Shown one piece after another: positions 40,126 through 52,258 of a stretch of 64,000 nucleotides of DNA (positions are counted from its first letter, which is position 1; the number at the start of each line of letters is the position of its first letter). Below the pieces are notes generated by a model that saw only the letters and a list, made by a program, of their open reading frames with translations, had not been told where the DNA came from and made no database searches. Source of the DNA: Azolla caroliniana. Its lineage: Eukaryota; Plantae; Polypodiophyta. The DNA is taken from positions 4,526,001 through 4,590,000 of the forward strand of contig JBHGNT010000012.1 in NCBI GenBank assembly GCA_043228905.1. The letters run 5' to 3'. The position numbers and the translations under genes are program-made.

Positions 40126-40887
40126 ATGGACCCGCAAACACTGTCGGATGCCGCCAAGAAATGGCTAAAGCAACACGGGCTCGAGGGCTTCTTGACGATT
40201 ATGGAGGTACCGCCACACAAAGAAGCCGACAAGGTGATCAAAGAAATCGACACAGAGGTCATAACGGCGGAGGCGATCTGTGTGTTAACAGGCCTTCCGG
40301 AGGGAAGCATATTCACGATCGACAATCCGACCTCGGAGCAACTCATCAAGTATTTTGGTGAGTACTCCGTAGCCAGCAAGGGCTACCGGACACAGGGCGG
40401 CGGAGATATGTTGTTCCGCGAGATTGCCCTTGTGCTCCACAAATACGGCCATGTGTACCCTAGACCCCCTGTCATGCCGCAGAACCGGGCAGGGATGATC
40501 ATCACCACCTATGAAGGGATCAAGGTGGATTGGCCGGTATTGATCGCAGACGGTTTGTGTGCGGCGATCGAGATCGTTAGAGGAAAAGACGGCAAAGAAG
40601 ACTGAGAAGGACGGAGGATATGGCACGCAATAACGCAATGGCTCACCTTGCTTGTGCCACCCGTCCAGCCCATGAAGCGGGGAAGAGTGGCTAACGGCAC
40701 CCCCAAGACTACTTCCAAAAGACAACAGTTGTTGGCCTCTAAGGCCACTAAGGGGAAGGCGGCGGACGCAGAACAGGCGGGAAAGGAGAGCGCCAGCCGG
40801 AAGCGGCCAACGGACAATGGCGGGGCCGGACAGACATACATAGCAAAAGACAAAGCGAAGGCCGATAGAGACGGCAAAGACGCCTAA
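40126..40887 (+). pseudogene. Extra ORF downstream of gypsy pol (env-position ORF, plant-transposon-protein-like), disrupted at ~40600
   Basis: ITAEAICVLTGLPEG and GIKVDWPVLIADGL resemble Athila-type extra ORFs. Reading continues as WHAITQWLTLLVPP. Confidence 0.5.
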
Positions 40888-41149
40888 CGACGGCCGGAGA
40901 ATCAGCGGCCAGAACGGCAACAAAGCCGGGATGACGACTGAACAAAGCGGTCAAGCAGATGCCGAATAGTGACAGATGCCACAAAGTGATGGCGACAGGG
41001 AGTGGCCAAAGAACGGCTAGAGTGACCGCACCGGCGGCTCGATTGTAAGAAGGCAGGCGGATGAAGTGGCGGTGGTGGGATCGGCTGAACAATGGACATA
41101 CGTAGAACAAGCAATGGACACACCGAGAAGAAATAGTGGTGGTCGCAGA

Positions 41150-42400
41150 AGAAATAGAAAGAAAACAGAGAAAAGAAGAAGAGAATGTAGCAGGAAGAAG
41201 AAATAGAAAGAAAACAGAGAAAAGAAGAAGAGAATGTAGCAGGAAGAGAACATAGAAGAAGAAGAGAAGGCACAGAACATAGGATGGAGAGAGGAGAGAA
41301 AGGACGGCAAGAAGAGAAGTGGGAAACGAAAGCAGAAAGAAGGAAGAAGAAATAGAAAGAAAACAGAGAAAAGAAGAAGAGAATGTAGCAGGAAGAGAAC
41401 ATAGAAGAAGAAGAGAAGGCACAGAACAGAGGATGGAGAGAGGAGAGAAAGGACGGCAAGAAGAGAAGCGGGAAACGAAAGCAGAAAGAAGACGAAAAAG
41501 ATGAGGGATACGCACCAGAGAGAGTGCAATAACGGACCACAACAATAACCTAGAGATAAAGATGAAATCGGAGCGTTAAGAAAACAAGGATGACAGGAAT
41601 TATGTTGTGATAAAGATGAATGCGAAACGAGAGTGGCATTATAGGCAATTACGAATACATGAGGGTATAACAAGTAGATTTCATAAACATAGGGGTACAT
41701 AATTCAAATTTTAAAAATCAGAGGGCACCACTAGAATTTTGAAAATCCCCAAGACTACTCACACACACTCAAAACAAAGGAAGAACACACATACATACGA
41801 CATGATTTTGGACCCATGACGAAGTTCGTAAGCCGACAAAACGAGAATGTTTGTGTCGCGGGCGATTTGCTGACCGACAAAGATGTTCGAGTCAAGCATT
41901 CCGATCGAGGGAGTCGATCATTGAAAGGACCGATGGAAGTTCCGGTCAAAGAAATATCATCATCAAGGCATGTGGGATCGACGTGCAAGGCACTTTCCCA
42001 TGGGCGTGCCATATTGTGTTACCCTGTATGAGATGTACGCAGAGTCAATGTGATGAGCGAGGGTCAAATGTTATCATGATGATTGTTGTGTGTGTGTAGG
42101 GGGCATAAATGTAATTGTGAGTCTATATGTATGTGAACACATGCACACGTGTGTGCATGTGGATGGATACGAGGAGGTGTGAGTGAGTGTCCAGTATGAA
42201 TGCTCGAGGGGGCTTACACCCCTATGTATCTACCCCCTCTTGTACTATTTAACCCCTTATGGGGAATGAATGAAATATGAATGAACATTTTCTCTCTAAT
42301 CTCTCTCTCTTTGACACCTTTTCTCTTCTCTCTCCCTCTCTCACGTTGAACCCCCTTGGGAGGGGGGTGGAGCCATTCTAGGCACCACCCCCCACCCCGC
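41150..42400 (-). mobile_element. LTR (42017-42400), PBS TGGCACGCCCATGGGA (42011-41996) and leader of the 19509-family element
   Basis: Reverse complement of 41700-42400 is homologous to 19509-20290. Purine-rich duplications at 41150-41490. Confidence 0.7.
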
Positions 42401-42931
42401 AATGCTTCTCTATATGATCTCTGTCACCATCATACTCTCCATCACCATGTCTATCTTCATTACCAATCATCATAGTTATCATTCATCATCATCATCGTCC
42501 TTAACCCTAACCCTAAAGCGTACAACAGGTTTTCGCCGCCGAGGGTCTCGCGATTGCGCTCATGGTTTAGTCTCACAGTTCGGAATTGGACGGAGTGTCG
42601 TCCATCTTGGCTCTTCACGCGTGCGTATGCCGAACCGTTATCCAGCACCTTCGTCTCCATACACGCAGTCGTAATGTACGGTTCTCCGAGTTTCACTGGA
42701 TGCGAGGATGTCTCCTGCACGAAGAAGTGTTGGTCGATCTCGACTTCACCAATTTTCACCTATACATTCAGGCAGGCCCCTTGTAGCTCCTTCGTGGCGC
42801 GTTGTGGCGTTGTTACGTGCGTGCGTGTAGAAGGGGTGGGACCATGGGGGTCTCGAACGAGGGAGAAAAGGGAAGCCAAGGAACCCGACACCAGACACGA
42901 CCCGGATGCAGGCGAACATGAGAGAGAGAAA

Positions 42932-45900
42932 TGTTGAGAGACAAGCTCAACATCGGCCGAATCGGCTGAAGAAGCCGAGGACCGGATTGGTTGGGACCGA
43001 TCGGTTAGGCCGAGTGCGTAAACCGGGAGATCATTAGGAAAGATATTCTGTGAGGAATATATTTGGGATTTAGTGTAGGAGCTCTTGATGAGTATTGAAG
43101 TACTGTCAGTACTTCGGTCAGTCCTTCTAGGACTTGTATAAAAGTGTTCACTGAGCACGTCTTATGTACAGGCTTGAGTATTATTATTGAAATAGTTTTT
43201 TGTGTCTACTCTCTCTGTCTCTCCCGCGTATACCGTGTAAGCCCAAGCTCTCCATTGAACCTGAGTTTCCTTCCTCTGTTCTTTCTTCATACCTGCTTCC
43301 GCACACTACTTTCTACATGGTATCAGAGCGCGAGGGTTGAGAACCTTTCTGCAGCCGACACAGCTTGACGAAGAAGAACAAGAACAAGAAGAACGATGGA
43401 TAGAGGCATGGCGAGCTCGCTTCCAACAGAGAAGCTCGACAGAACCAACTACGCGTCTTGGTCCTACAAGATGCACCAGTACCTGCTCGGGCACGGCTAC
43501 TGGAGTTATGTCGAAGGAGCTAATGACGCGGCACCCGAATCGACACACAGAGACTTCCCGTCGTGGGAGCAATCGGCGAGCAGGGTATTGTATTGCTTCG
43601 CGTTGTGTGTGGGCGAACAACTATTGAGCTATGTTCGGGATGCAAAGACGCCGAAGGGTGCGTGGGAAAATCTGAAGAAGATTTTCGCCACGAGCACCAC
43701 AGCAAGGAAGCTTCAGCTCCGACAGGAGTTGAGCAACCTACGACAACGCGACTTGTCGGTGGCGGACTACACCTCGAAGATCAAGGATATTTGCGACTCC
43801 CTCGCCTCCATAGAGGTGAACATCGAGGAGAGCAAGATGGTCCAGATCTGTCTTGGAGGTTTGGCGTCGAAGTTCGGAGCGTTCCGAACGGCTGTGTGTA
43901 CCCGGGAGAATACGCTGTCCTTTTCCGACTTACAGTCGATGCTCTTGGTAGAGGAGAACCACGTGGGTGCGTCGACGAGCACGCACACCGACAGCAGAAT
44001 GTTGTACACGGAGGGAGATAGGCCCCGTGGACGTGGAGGACGAGGCGAGTCGGCGCGCAATGGAGGCGGCCGACGTGATCAAGGAAGAAGGCACCGAAGT
44101 GATGCCGACAGCTACTCCGGACCCTCTGGAAACAGGGGGAGTCGAAGCGATGAGAACCGGCAAGGGAAGGCCATCACGGAGTGCTGGTACTGTGGCAAGA
44201 AAGGCCACAGGGAAAGTGAGTGCTGGAAGAAGTGCGCCGATTCGGAGAGAACTGGTTCCGGGAGCGGCTCCAGACATACCGACAAGGGAAATCGGCAGCG
44301 ATCGCACTACGCCAAAGACTCCGGGAGAGCTGGAGAAGGGTCTGTCTTCGTGACGAGACACGAAGCAAACTCAATGAAACAGAGCACCCCGAGATCGGAC
44401 GAGGTGTGGTACGTAGACTCCGGCGCGTCAAACCACATGACGAGCCATAAGGAGTGGTTCTCGTACCTTGAAAAACCGATACAACCTGGAGTAGTCGCAA
44501 CAGGAGACGACACTCCGCATCCGATCGCGAATGTCGGAGAAGTTCCCCTTAGCCATGTCGGGCAGAAAGGGAAACTCATGAACGTGCTGCACATTCCGAC
44601 AATCACGAAAAACTTGGTCTCGGTCGGACAGATCGTCGACCAAGGGATGGAGGTTCGGTTTACACACCTCGGGTGCTTCATTGAGGAAGAAGGCCGTGTG
44701 ACTGCGCAAGGGCGTAGAGACGGGAGGATGTTCATCCTCGATTCCACTGACGGCAGCACCACAATGTTCGCAAAGGGACAAAAAGCCGAGTCAGACGTCG
44801 ACTTGTGGCACAAGCGGATAGGCCACGTCAACTACCAACGGCTTCAAGATCTGCAATCGAAATAGGTAGTGTTCGGATTGCCCAAATTTAGTGGCCGAAA
44901 GGCACAAATTTGTGAAGCCTAACAGCTCGGGAAGCAACACCGACTTCCCTTCCCCAACGAGCGAAACCGGAACCGGAATAAGCTCGACCTTATACACTCC
45001 GATGTATGGGGGCCGGCACAAAACGTTAGTCTTGGCAGGAGCCGATATTTCGTCTCCTTCATCGACGACCACATGCGGCACACGTGGATCTACCTCATTG
45101 AGAGGAAGAGCGAAGTCTTCGACTATTTCCGTGACCTCAAAGGGTTCGTGGAAACGGCAACAGGACGGAAGATCAAGTGCCTGCGGTCGGATGGCGGGAA
45201 AGAGTACTTTTCCGGTCAATTCAACGGTTACGTACAACAAATGGGAATTCGGCGCGAATTCAGTTGTAGATACACGCCAAAGCAGAACGGCGTGGCCGAG
45301 AGGAAGAATCGGTCAGTTGTGGAAGCGGCACGGGCAATGCTGGAAGAGAAGAGCTTGCCCAAGTTCTACTGGGCCGAGGCGGTAAGGACCGCGTTATACA
45401 TCCAGAACCAGATCGGAGACAAAGTGTCGGCGCACGAGCTATATTTCGGAACGAAGCCGAACTTGCGACACTTGAGGGTGTTCGATAGCATTGCGTATGT
45501 GCATGTACCGAAGGAGAAAAGGAGGAAGTTGGACGCAAAGGCCGAGAAATGCATCTTGGTCGGTTACTCACACGAGCAGAAGGGTTATAAGTGCTATAAC
45601 CCTCGCACCAAACAAGCGCGTGTCAGCCGCGACATTGTGTTTGACGAGTCCGCGTCCTAGTACCTGCCCCTGACTCGAAACCCCGACTCCAATATGAGTT
45701 CTGACGATGAGGTCAGTGAGGCCGAGATGCCTCCGAATGAGCCTGAAATCGAGACCCGCGAAGAGAGTCCGATTTCACTCCGGTTAAGTAGACCGATTGG
45801 ACGACTGAGTCGGTACGACCAATCCGATGAAGAGCCGGCGAGTAGTGGAGACTCGGCCGTGCATTCCCCGCGCAGGAAGCCGAGGAGACGGCTTACGCGC

Positions 45901-48599
45901 AAAGAGAAAGGGAAGAAGAAGGTGTCGGATTCCGGCACGGATAAGAACGAGTCAGACCAACACGAGTCCGACTCCGAGGGAACCGGTGACGGGACTTTAA
46001 AGGTGAAGTCCGCATCGACCGAGAAGGCCTCGACATCGGCTAATATGAGATTACGCCGATCTACCTGCCAGAAGAATCCTGTTTTGCGGTTCGGATACAA
46101 CGAGTACATGGCGCATCATTATGCGTACATGGCCCGTGTAGCGGAAGTGCGTGAGCCGGAGAGCTACGCAGAAGCGGCTAAAGACGCAAATTGGTGTGCC
46201 GCGATGGAGGAAGAGATGCACGCATTGGCGGAGAACGAGACCTGGGACCTGGTTGACGCACCGAAGGGTGTAAAACCGATCGGGTGTAGGTGGGTGTACA
46301 AGGTCAAGTACAACACCGATGGCTCGGTCAACCGGTACAAGCCTCGGCTAGTGGCAAAGGGCTACGCGTAGAAACACGGCATCGACTACGATGAGACGTT
46401 TGCACCGGTCGCGAAAATGACGACCGTTTGTGTTTTGCTCGCAGTAGCTACGGCGAAGGGGTGGCACTTACATCAAATGGATGTAAAGAATGCGTTCCTG
46501 CAAGGTGACCTTGAGGAACAGGTGTACATGGTACAGCCCCCCGGATTTCACTCCGGAACGAACTCCTCGGCAGTATGCCGACTGAAGAAGTCCCTTTACG
46601 GACTGAAGCAAGCCCCGCGTGCCTGGAACGTGAAGATCACGCAACAACTGCGTCGGATGGGCTTCATCACGTCAAAATCGAACTCTTCCCTGTTCATCCG
46701 GAAAGGTCGACTCGGACCGGTTAGTACTTTACTATATGTTGATGACTTGGTCATCATCGGCGCCGACCTAGGTGAAATCGACCGCGTGAAGCTCCAGCTT
46801 GCGTCATCGTTCGACATGAAGGATCTAGGGGACCTTCATTACTTCCTCGGGATCGAAGTGATCCATACCTCCGAAGGCATATTGATCAGCCAACGTCATT
46901 ACGTGTTGAGTATGCTCTTCAAGCTCGGGATGGCCGGCTGTAAGTCCGTCTCGACTCCTCTGGACAGAACCATCAAGCTTCGTCCCGATACGGGAAAGGT
47001 ATGCGACTTGACGAGGTTCCGGCAAATTGTCGGAAGCCTCATATACTTGACCATCACCCGACCCGACCTCAGTTATCCGGTCGGAGTGATCAGTCAGTTC
47101 ATGGCGCGACCTACCGAGGAGCACCTTCAGTGTGCGCAATGCATACTTCGATATGTCAACGGCACTAAGGACCGGGGACTGCTATATCGGACCGGTGCAG
47201 CCGCGCAGTTAGTCGGCTACACTGATGCTCATTGGGCTGGCAACATCGCCGATCGCCGATCCACGTCTGGATACGCGTTCTCCCTCGAGAGTGCCGCGAT
47301 CGCGTGGAGTAGTAAGAAGCAGCCAACAGTTGCACTGTCGAGCACCGAAGCTGAGTACCGAGGAACGGCTGTCGCAACATGCGAAGCCATATGGTTGAAG
47401 CGGCTACTTAAGGACCTGCAGGTGGAGGTGTCAGATTCGACGACGATCTACTGCGACAACCTCAGCAGCATCGAGCTCACGAAAAACCCTGTTTTCCACG
47501 CACGGACCAAGCACATTGAGGTGCACTATCATTTCATCCGTGAGCGTGTCCTTTCCGGTGAAGTCGAACTTCAGTACGTTCCGACGGATCGGCAGGCTGC
47601 CGACATCTTCACCAAGCCTCTTGGTCTAGACAAGTTGCGGCAATTCTCAGGTGCGCTCGGGTTGCGTCACCTCGATGTGCCGAACTTGAGGGGGAGAATA
47701 GTCCCGAACGACCAAGCAAGGCAGCAGGAAAGGAGCGGAGACCGCGACACCGAGTCGGTTGTCGAGTTCGACTTCGGATCGGCTGAAGAAGCCGAGGGCG
47801 GACCCGCGGAAAAGTTCGGAGGCGGACAGAAGGGGAGCAACCGAAGGACATAGCCAACCACGCATGGGGAAGATGACGCCACCGAGGGCGAGAAGACCGA
47901 AGACGAGTTGGAGACAGCCAACTCGGACGAGAGCGAAAACCGATCGGAGGTAGCCGAGTCGGTTCGGATGTTTGATTCAGACACCCTGAATCAACCGAAG
48001 CCCAAGCGGAAGAAAAGGGAGCAGAAGAAGCGTCAACACCGCAACAATAGAAGAGTTGATGTGGGCCACATGAGCAGACAAGCCGAGGAGCGGAAGGGTC
48101 GAAGCGCGCGGAGTCGAACAGGTCGAGGAGCGCGAGCGAGGCGTGAAGCCAGGAGGAACCGGAGCTATGAGCCCAAGGATCCCGAAGAGCCTCAAGTTGA
48201 GCTTGAGGGGGAGTGTTGAGAGACAAGCTCAACATCGGCCGAATCGGCTGAAGAAGCCGAGGACCGGATCGGTTGGGACCGATCGGTTAGGCCGAGTGCG
48301 TAAACCGGGAGATCGTTAGGAAAGATATTCCGTGAGGAATATATTTGGGAGTTAGTGTAGGAGCTCTTGATGAGCATTGAAGTACTGTCAAAACTTCGGT
48401 CAGTCCTTCTAGGACTTGTATAAAAGTGTTCACTGAGCACGTCTTATGTACAAACTTGAGTATTATTATTGAAATAGTTTTTTGTGTCTACTCTCTCTGT
48501 CTCTCCCGCGTATACCGTGTAAGCCCAAGCTCTCCATTGAACCTTAGTTTCCTTCCTCTGTTCTGTCTTCATACCTGCTTCCGCACGCTACTTTCTACA
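42932..48599 (+). mobile_element. Full-length Ty1/copia element (LTRs 42932-43317 and 48214-48599)
   Basis: 386-bp LTRs with about 12 mismatches by eye, TSD AGAAA, PBS TGGTATCAGAGC at 43318, PPT GAGGGGGAG at 48205. Confidence 0.97.
43396..47853 (+). pseudogene. Copia gag-pol polyprotein, one frame, four premature stops (~44863, 44920, 45658, 46369)
   Basis: CWYCGKKGH, WYVDSGASNHM, LRSDGGKEY, QMDVKNAFL, LLYVDDL, HIEVHYHFIRE. Confidence 0.93.
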
Positions 48600-51256
48600 A
48601 GAAAGGAGAGAGAGAGCATGCGCGCGAAACCGACTTTTATGTACCACAAAACAAAGGAGGGGGGGGGCTATGCACCCGACACCAATAGAGACACCATTAT
48701 GCACAAACAGATATGAGCATGTATATTACAAGGGAAAGAATACAACCCCGGTTTCGAGCCGGCTACGCTCAGAAGAAGAGGAGTTAACCTAACAGCTTTC
48801 TCGCCATAGTTGTCGCCTGACTTCTTGAGAATGAGAAGAAGAAAAGAATGTAACTAACCCTAGAAAAGAAACACAAAATGATATACCCTTACAACTCAAA
48901 ATGGCAACCCTTCCACAAAGGGCGCTCCCTTCCTTTTATAGAACAAGGAGAGGGATGCGTTACAATGTGGGATAAATCCCGACTTGACTCCTACTATTCA
49001 CACGTTTTTACAAGGGTAAGTGCACATGGTGCACCCCGACGATTCTTCCGATATCTCCCGGTTTCTCACTACGTGCCGGAAACTGCATGACATCCGCCCC
49101 CACCAAACCGCACGTCCACCGGTATATGCCAATTCCGGAGAAAGGAGGAGGATTCCGGCCGGTGAGAAACCGGTCTTTCGCGTCCACACCCCGGCTTGCC
49201 GCATCGATCGCTGCCGGGTTTGAACCATCGGCTCCGGTTCTTCCTCGCGCTTGCCTCCTCGTAGGCTCAATCGAACCGTTGACAGGTCGTCTGCCGCGGT
49301 CCCGTAGTACGTGTGCTTCATTGTTGACCCTTCACTTGGCCGAATGCACGCCCCGCTATCCGTTGTAAGTCCGGGGCCCTCCGCTTGAGGAGCGCCCGTA
49401 ATAGCCCGCTTGGCCTCTGTCCGTCGTCACGTTGTCTTGGTTGCTGTCTTTGCCGCTGCTACCGTCTGTCACTCTCGGGCCGGATGCCGGAGTCTTCAGA
49501 GTTGGTGCGTGCAAAGTCTCCGCGCCATCGCTTCCCTTTCGCCTGTGGGTGTTCTCTACATCCGAGGAATACCCGTAGTAGCCTGCTTGGCCCTCTTTCG
49601 TCTTGCGCCGCTGCCGCTGAGTTGAAGCGTTTTGCTCGCCGTCGTCCCCTTGCCCCCACCAGCTTGTCATCTCGGGCTTGGCTTGCCACGCCAATCGTTG
49701 CCACTCCGACTAAGCCGCCGAGATCTTCGAAGCGGCGTGGAGGATCCTTCTTTGGCCTGTATATCTTTCCCGGTCTCTGACCCGTGCAGTCCGTCGCGCA
49801 CCCCTTTCCGCGTTCTCGGCACCACCGCGTGCGTACCATCCTTTAGTCATGCTCCAATTCGGCCCTCGATGGCCACTTGCACGATTCTTCTTCAACTCTG
49901 GGTGTGCCCTTCCCAACTTGGCACACTGCCCGTACTTGCCCTTGTCGGCTCCTTCGGAAACCGTAACCGGCCGGTAGGGGTTTTGCACTTAGACAGCTTC
50001 CGTTCTACCGGCTATTGTCGATGTCGGGTCCCGTTCCTTGCCGCCACCACCCTTCTCTGTCGGTCTTACATTGCCATGTCAGCCGAACAGCCGGAGTCTC
50101 CGGATCGGTGTGAAGATCCCATAGGACCGGTCTTCGTTTTGTTGCTTGCTGAAATTCGGGGTGTCTTTTGTTTGAGTCTGTCTTGACTCTCCTCGTGTCT
50201 TCTGCGTAGCCAGGTCCCGTTTTCCTGTCGCCACCGTCAGTATCTTGGTCTTATGTCGGATCCGATGCCGACTGCCGAAGTCTCTAGATCTGGTGCGAGG
50301 TGACCCATAGGACCAACCTGTCCCTGCCTTCCACCCTCGTCCCCTCGCCGCCACCGTCAATCTCTTGATCTTCCGTCGGATCTGATGCCGACCGCCGAAG
50401 TCTCTAGATCCGTTGTGAAAGATCCTCCTTGGGCCTCCGTTTAGACTCTTACCCTTATCCTGGGTCGTCTCTCTCTGCATGTCGAGAGGGTGGCTCGCTC
50501 CACACCCTCTCCTGTGGTACCGACGTACCGTGTTCCTGGCCTCTTCGTAGGCCTACTCTCTTCCTCCCTTCTAGATCGGTTATCTAGAAGTCCGCTCTGC
50601 TCGGTCCTCGCCCGGGTTCGTCCGTCATTCTCTAGATTCCCGGGTCCCATTCTCCTTCCATTACCATCAGTATCTTGGTCTTACGTTGGATCCGATGCCG
50701 ACCGCCGAAGTCTCTAGATCCGGTGTGAGGTGACCCATAGGACCGGACTTCGTTCTCCTCTTCATCCTTTGAACTTCTCCCGAACTCATCGTCACTCGCC
50801 TTGCTGTGCTCTCGCCACCATCTTCCATCTCTTTCGGTCTCATGTTGCCACATCGGCCGAACTGCCGAAGTCTCCGGACAAGATATGGGGTAACCGATTT
50901 CGCAACGTCTTTCGGCGATTCATCCGGGGCTATCGACCCTTTTAGTGGTGTCGGTGGATAGCATCCGCTCTATGATCAACCAGGCCCCGCCTGGGCTTGA
51001 TTCTCCAATGTCCGGAGTTTCGGCTCTAATGTCGACCTTGCCGGACACGTTTCGAACCCTTGATCACCTTCTTCCCGATTCCCGACCTTCGCCCGACCGA
51101 TCTTTCTCCCCATGTAAAAGAGGGTGGCTCGTTCCACACCCTCTCCCGTATCAGTACCCTCATGCCGATTCTGACCCTGGTCGAGCAATCCACGACCGGA
51201 TCGCGCTCCAGCCGAATCGGAGTGTCGCGATGTTCGGTCCCCAGTTGGGTCGTTTC

Positions 51257-52258
51257 TGTTGGGAGACAGGTCCCTCCGGATGGGAAGGGAGAAGAACAGT
51301 GTCGACGAACAAACTCGGCCGAGGCCGAAACCGGATGAGGAGTACCCGGCTACGGAGAGCCGGATGGTGCAGGCCCGGTGAGAACCGGATGAGGAGTACC
51401 CGGCTACGGAGAGCCGGATGGTGCAGGCCCGGTGAGAACCGGATGAGGAGTACCCGGCTACGGAGAGCTGGATGGTGCAGGCCCGGTGAGAACCGGATGA
51501 GGAGTACCCGGCTACGGAGAGCTGGATGGCGCAGACCCGGTGAGAACCGGATGAGGAGTACCCAGCTACGGAGAGCCGGATGAGGAGTACCCAGCTACGG
51601 AGAGCCGGATGGTGCAGGCCCGGTGAGAACCAGATGAGGAGTATCAGGCTACGGAGAGCCGGATGGTGCAGACCTGGTGAGAACCGGATGAGGAGTACCC
51701 GGCTACAGAGAGCCGGATGGTGCAGACCCGGTGAGAACCGGATGAGGAGCACCCGGCTACGGAGAGCCAGATGACGCAGACCCGGTGAGAACCGGAGGAA
51801 GAGACATATTCGTAAATATGTTCTTAAGAGCCCATCGAGGCTATATTTGTAAATAGCCGAAAAGTCATATTAGTATAAATATGACTTAGGGCAAATATGT
51901 GTTGTGGTCGTTGTCATTTTCTTGTTGGTGCAAGAAGAAGAGAGAGCACGTAACAGTGTACAGAGAGAGAGAGAGAGAGAGAAAGAGGTCGCTGCCTCTG
52001 TTGTAACCGCCGCCTGTGGCGAAGATCGTGAGTACGAGGTCATTGCCTCCGTGAACTCACTGTTTTGTACATTCCAACATAGTGATAGTTTGCAGCCTGT
52101 GGGCTGCCGTGGTTTTTCCCTCTTTGGGTTTTCGACGTAAACATTATGTGTACCTTTTCTCTCCTTTGTGTCGCGTGCATTTGTTTCCCGTTTTCTATGT
52201 ATGATCCTAAGCTCGGTTGTGGCAGAGCGTTGTGCATAAGGAGCCTTGAGTTCCCTCA
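51257..52258 (+). repeat. Solo LTR (3916 family) with an expanded 54-bp tandem array (51330-51795)
   Basis: Perfect TSD GTTTC at 51252-51256 and 52259-52263; TG...CA termini. Confidence 0.9.

Larger units (their letters stand above)
28737..41100 (+). mobile_element. Non-chromovirus Ty3/gypsy (Athila/Tat-type) element: LTR, PBS-like TGGCGACCAC (~29180), gag-pol, extra ORF; 3' boundary uncertain
   Basis: Retrotrans_gag-like region with CCHC knuckles, protease LIDGGSGVN, RT VFLDDF, RNase H, integrase HHCC plus DDE plus GPY. No chromodomain seen. Confidence 0.85.

Noticed and set aside
40748-41700. Long Phe/Leu/Ser-rich membrane-protein-like ORFs (also 20755-21580)
   Set aside because: Artefacts of pyrimidine-rich low-complexity sequence, open in several frames.
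41996-42011. tRNA gene
   Set aside because: Only a ~16-nt tRNA 3'-end match (a primer-binding site); no cloverleaf.
42500-42520. Telomeric repeat (CCCTAA)
   Set aside because: Only two or three units; telo-box-like, not an interstitial telomere array.
50945-51774. Repeat-protein ORFs (MRSTRLRRAGWCRPGENR)n
   Set aside because: Translation of a 54-bp minisatellite inside a TSD-bounded solo LTR.
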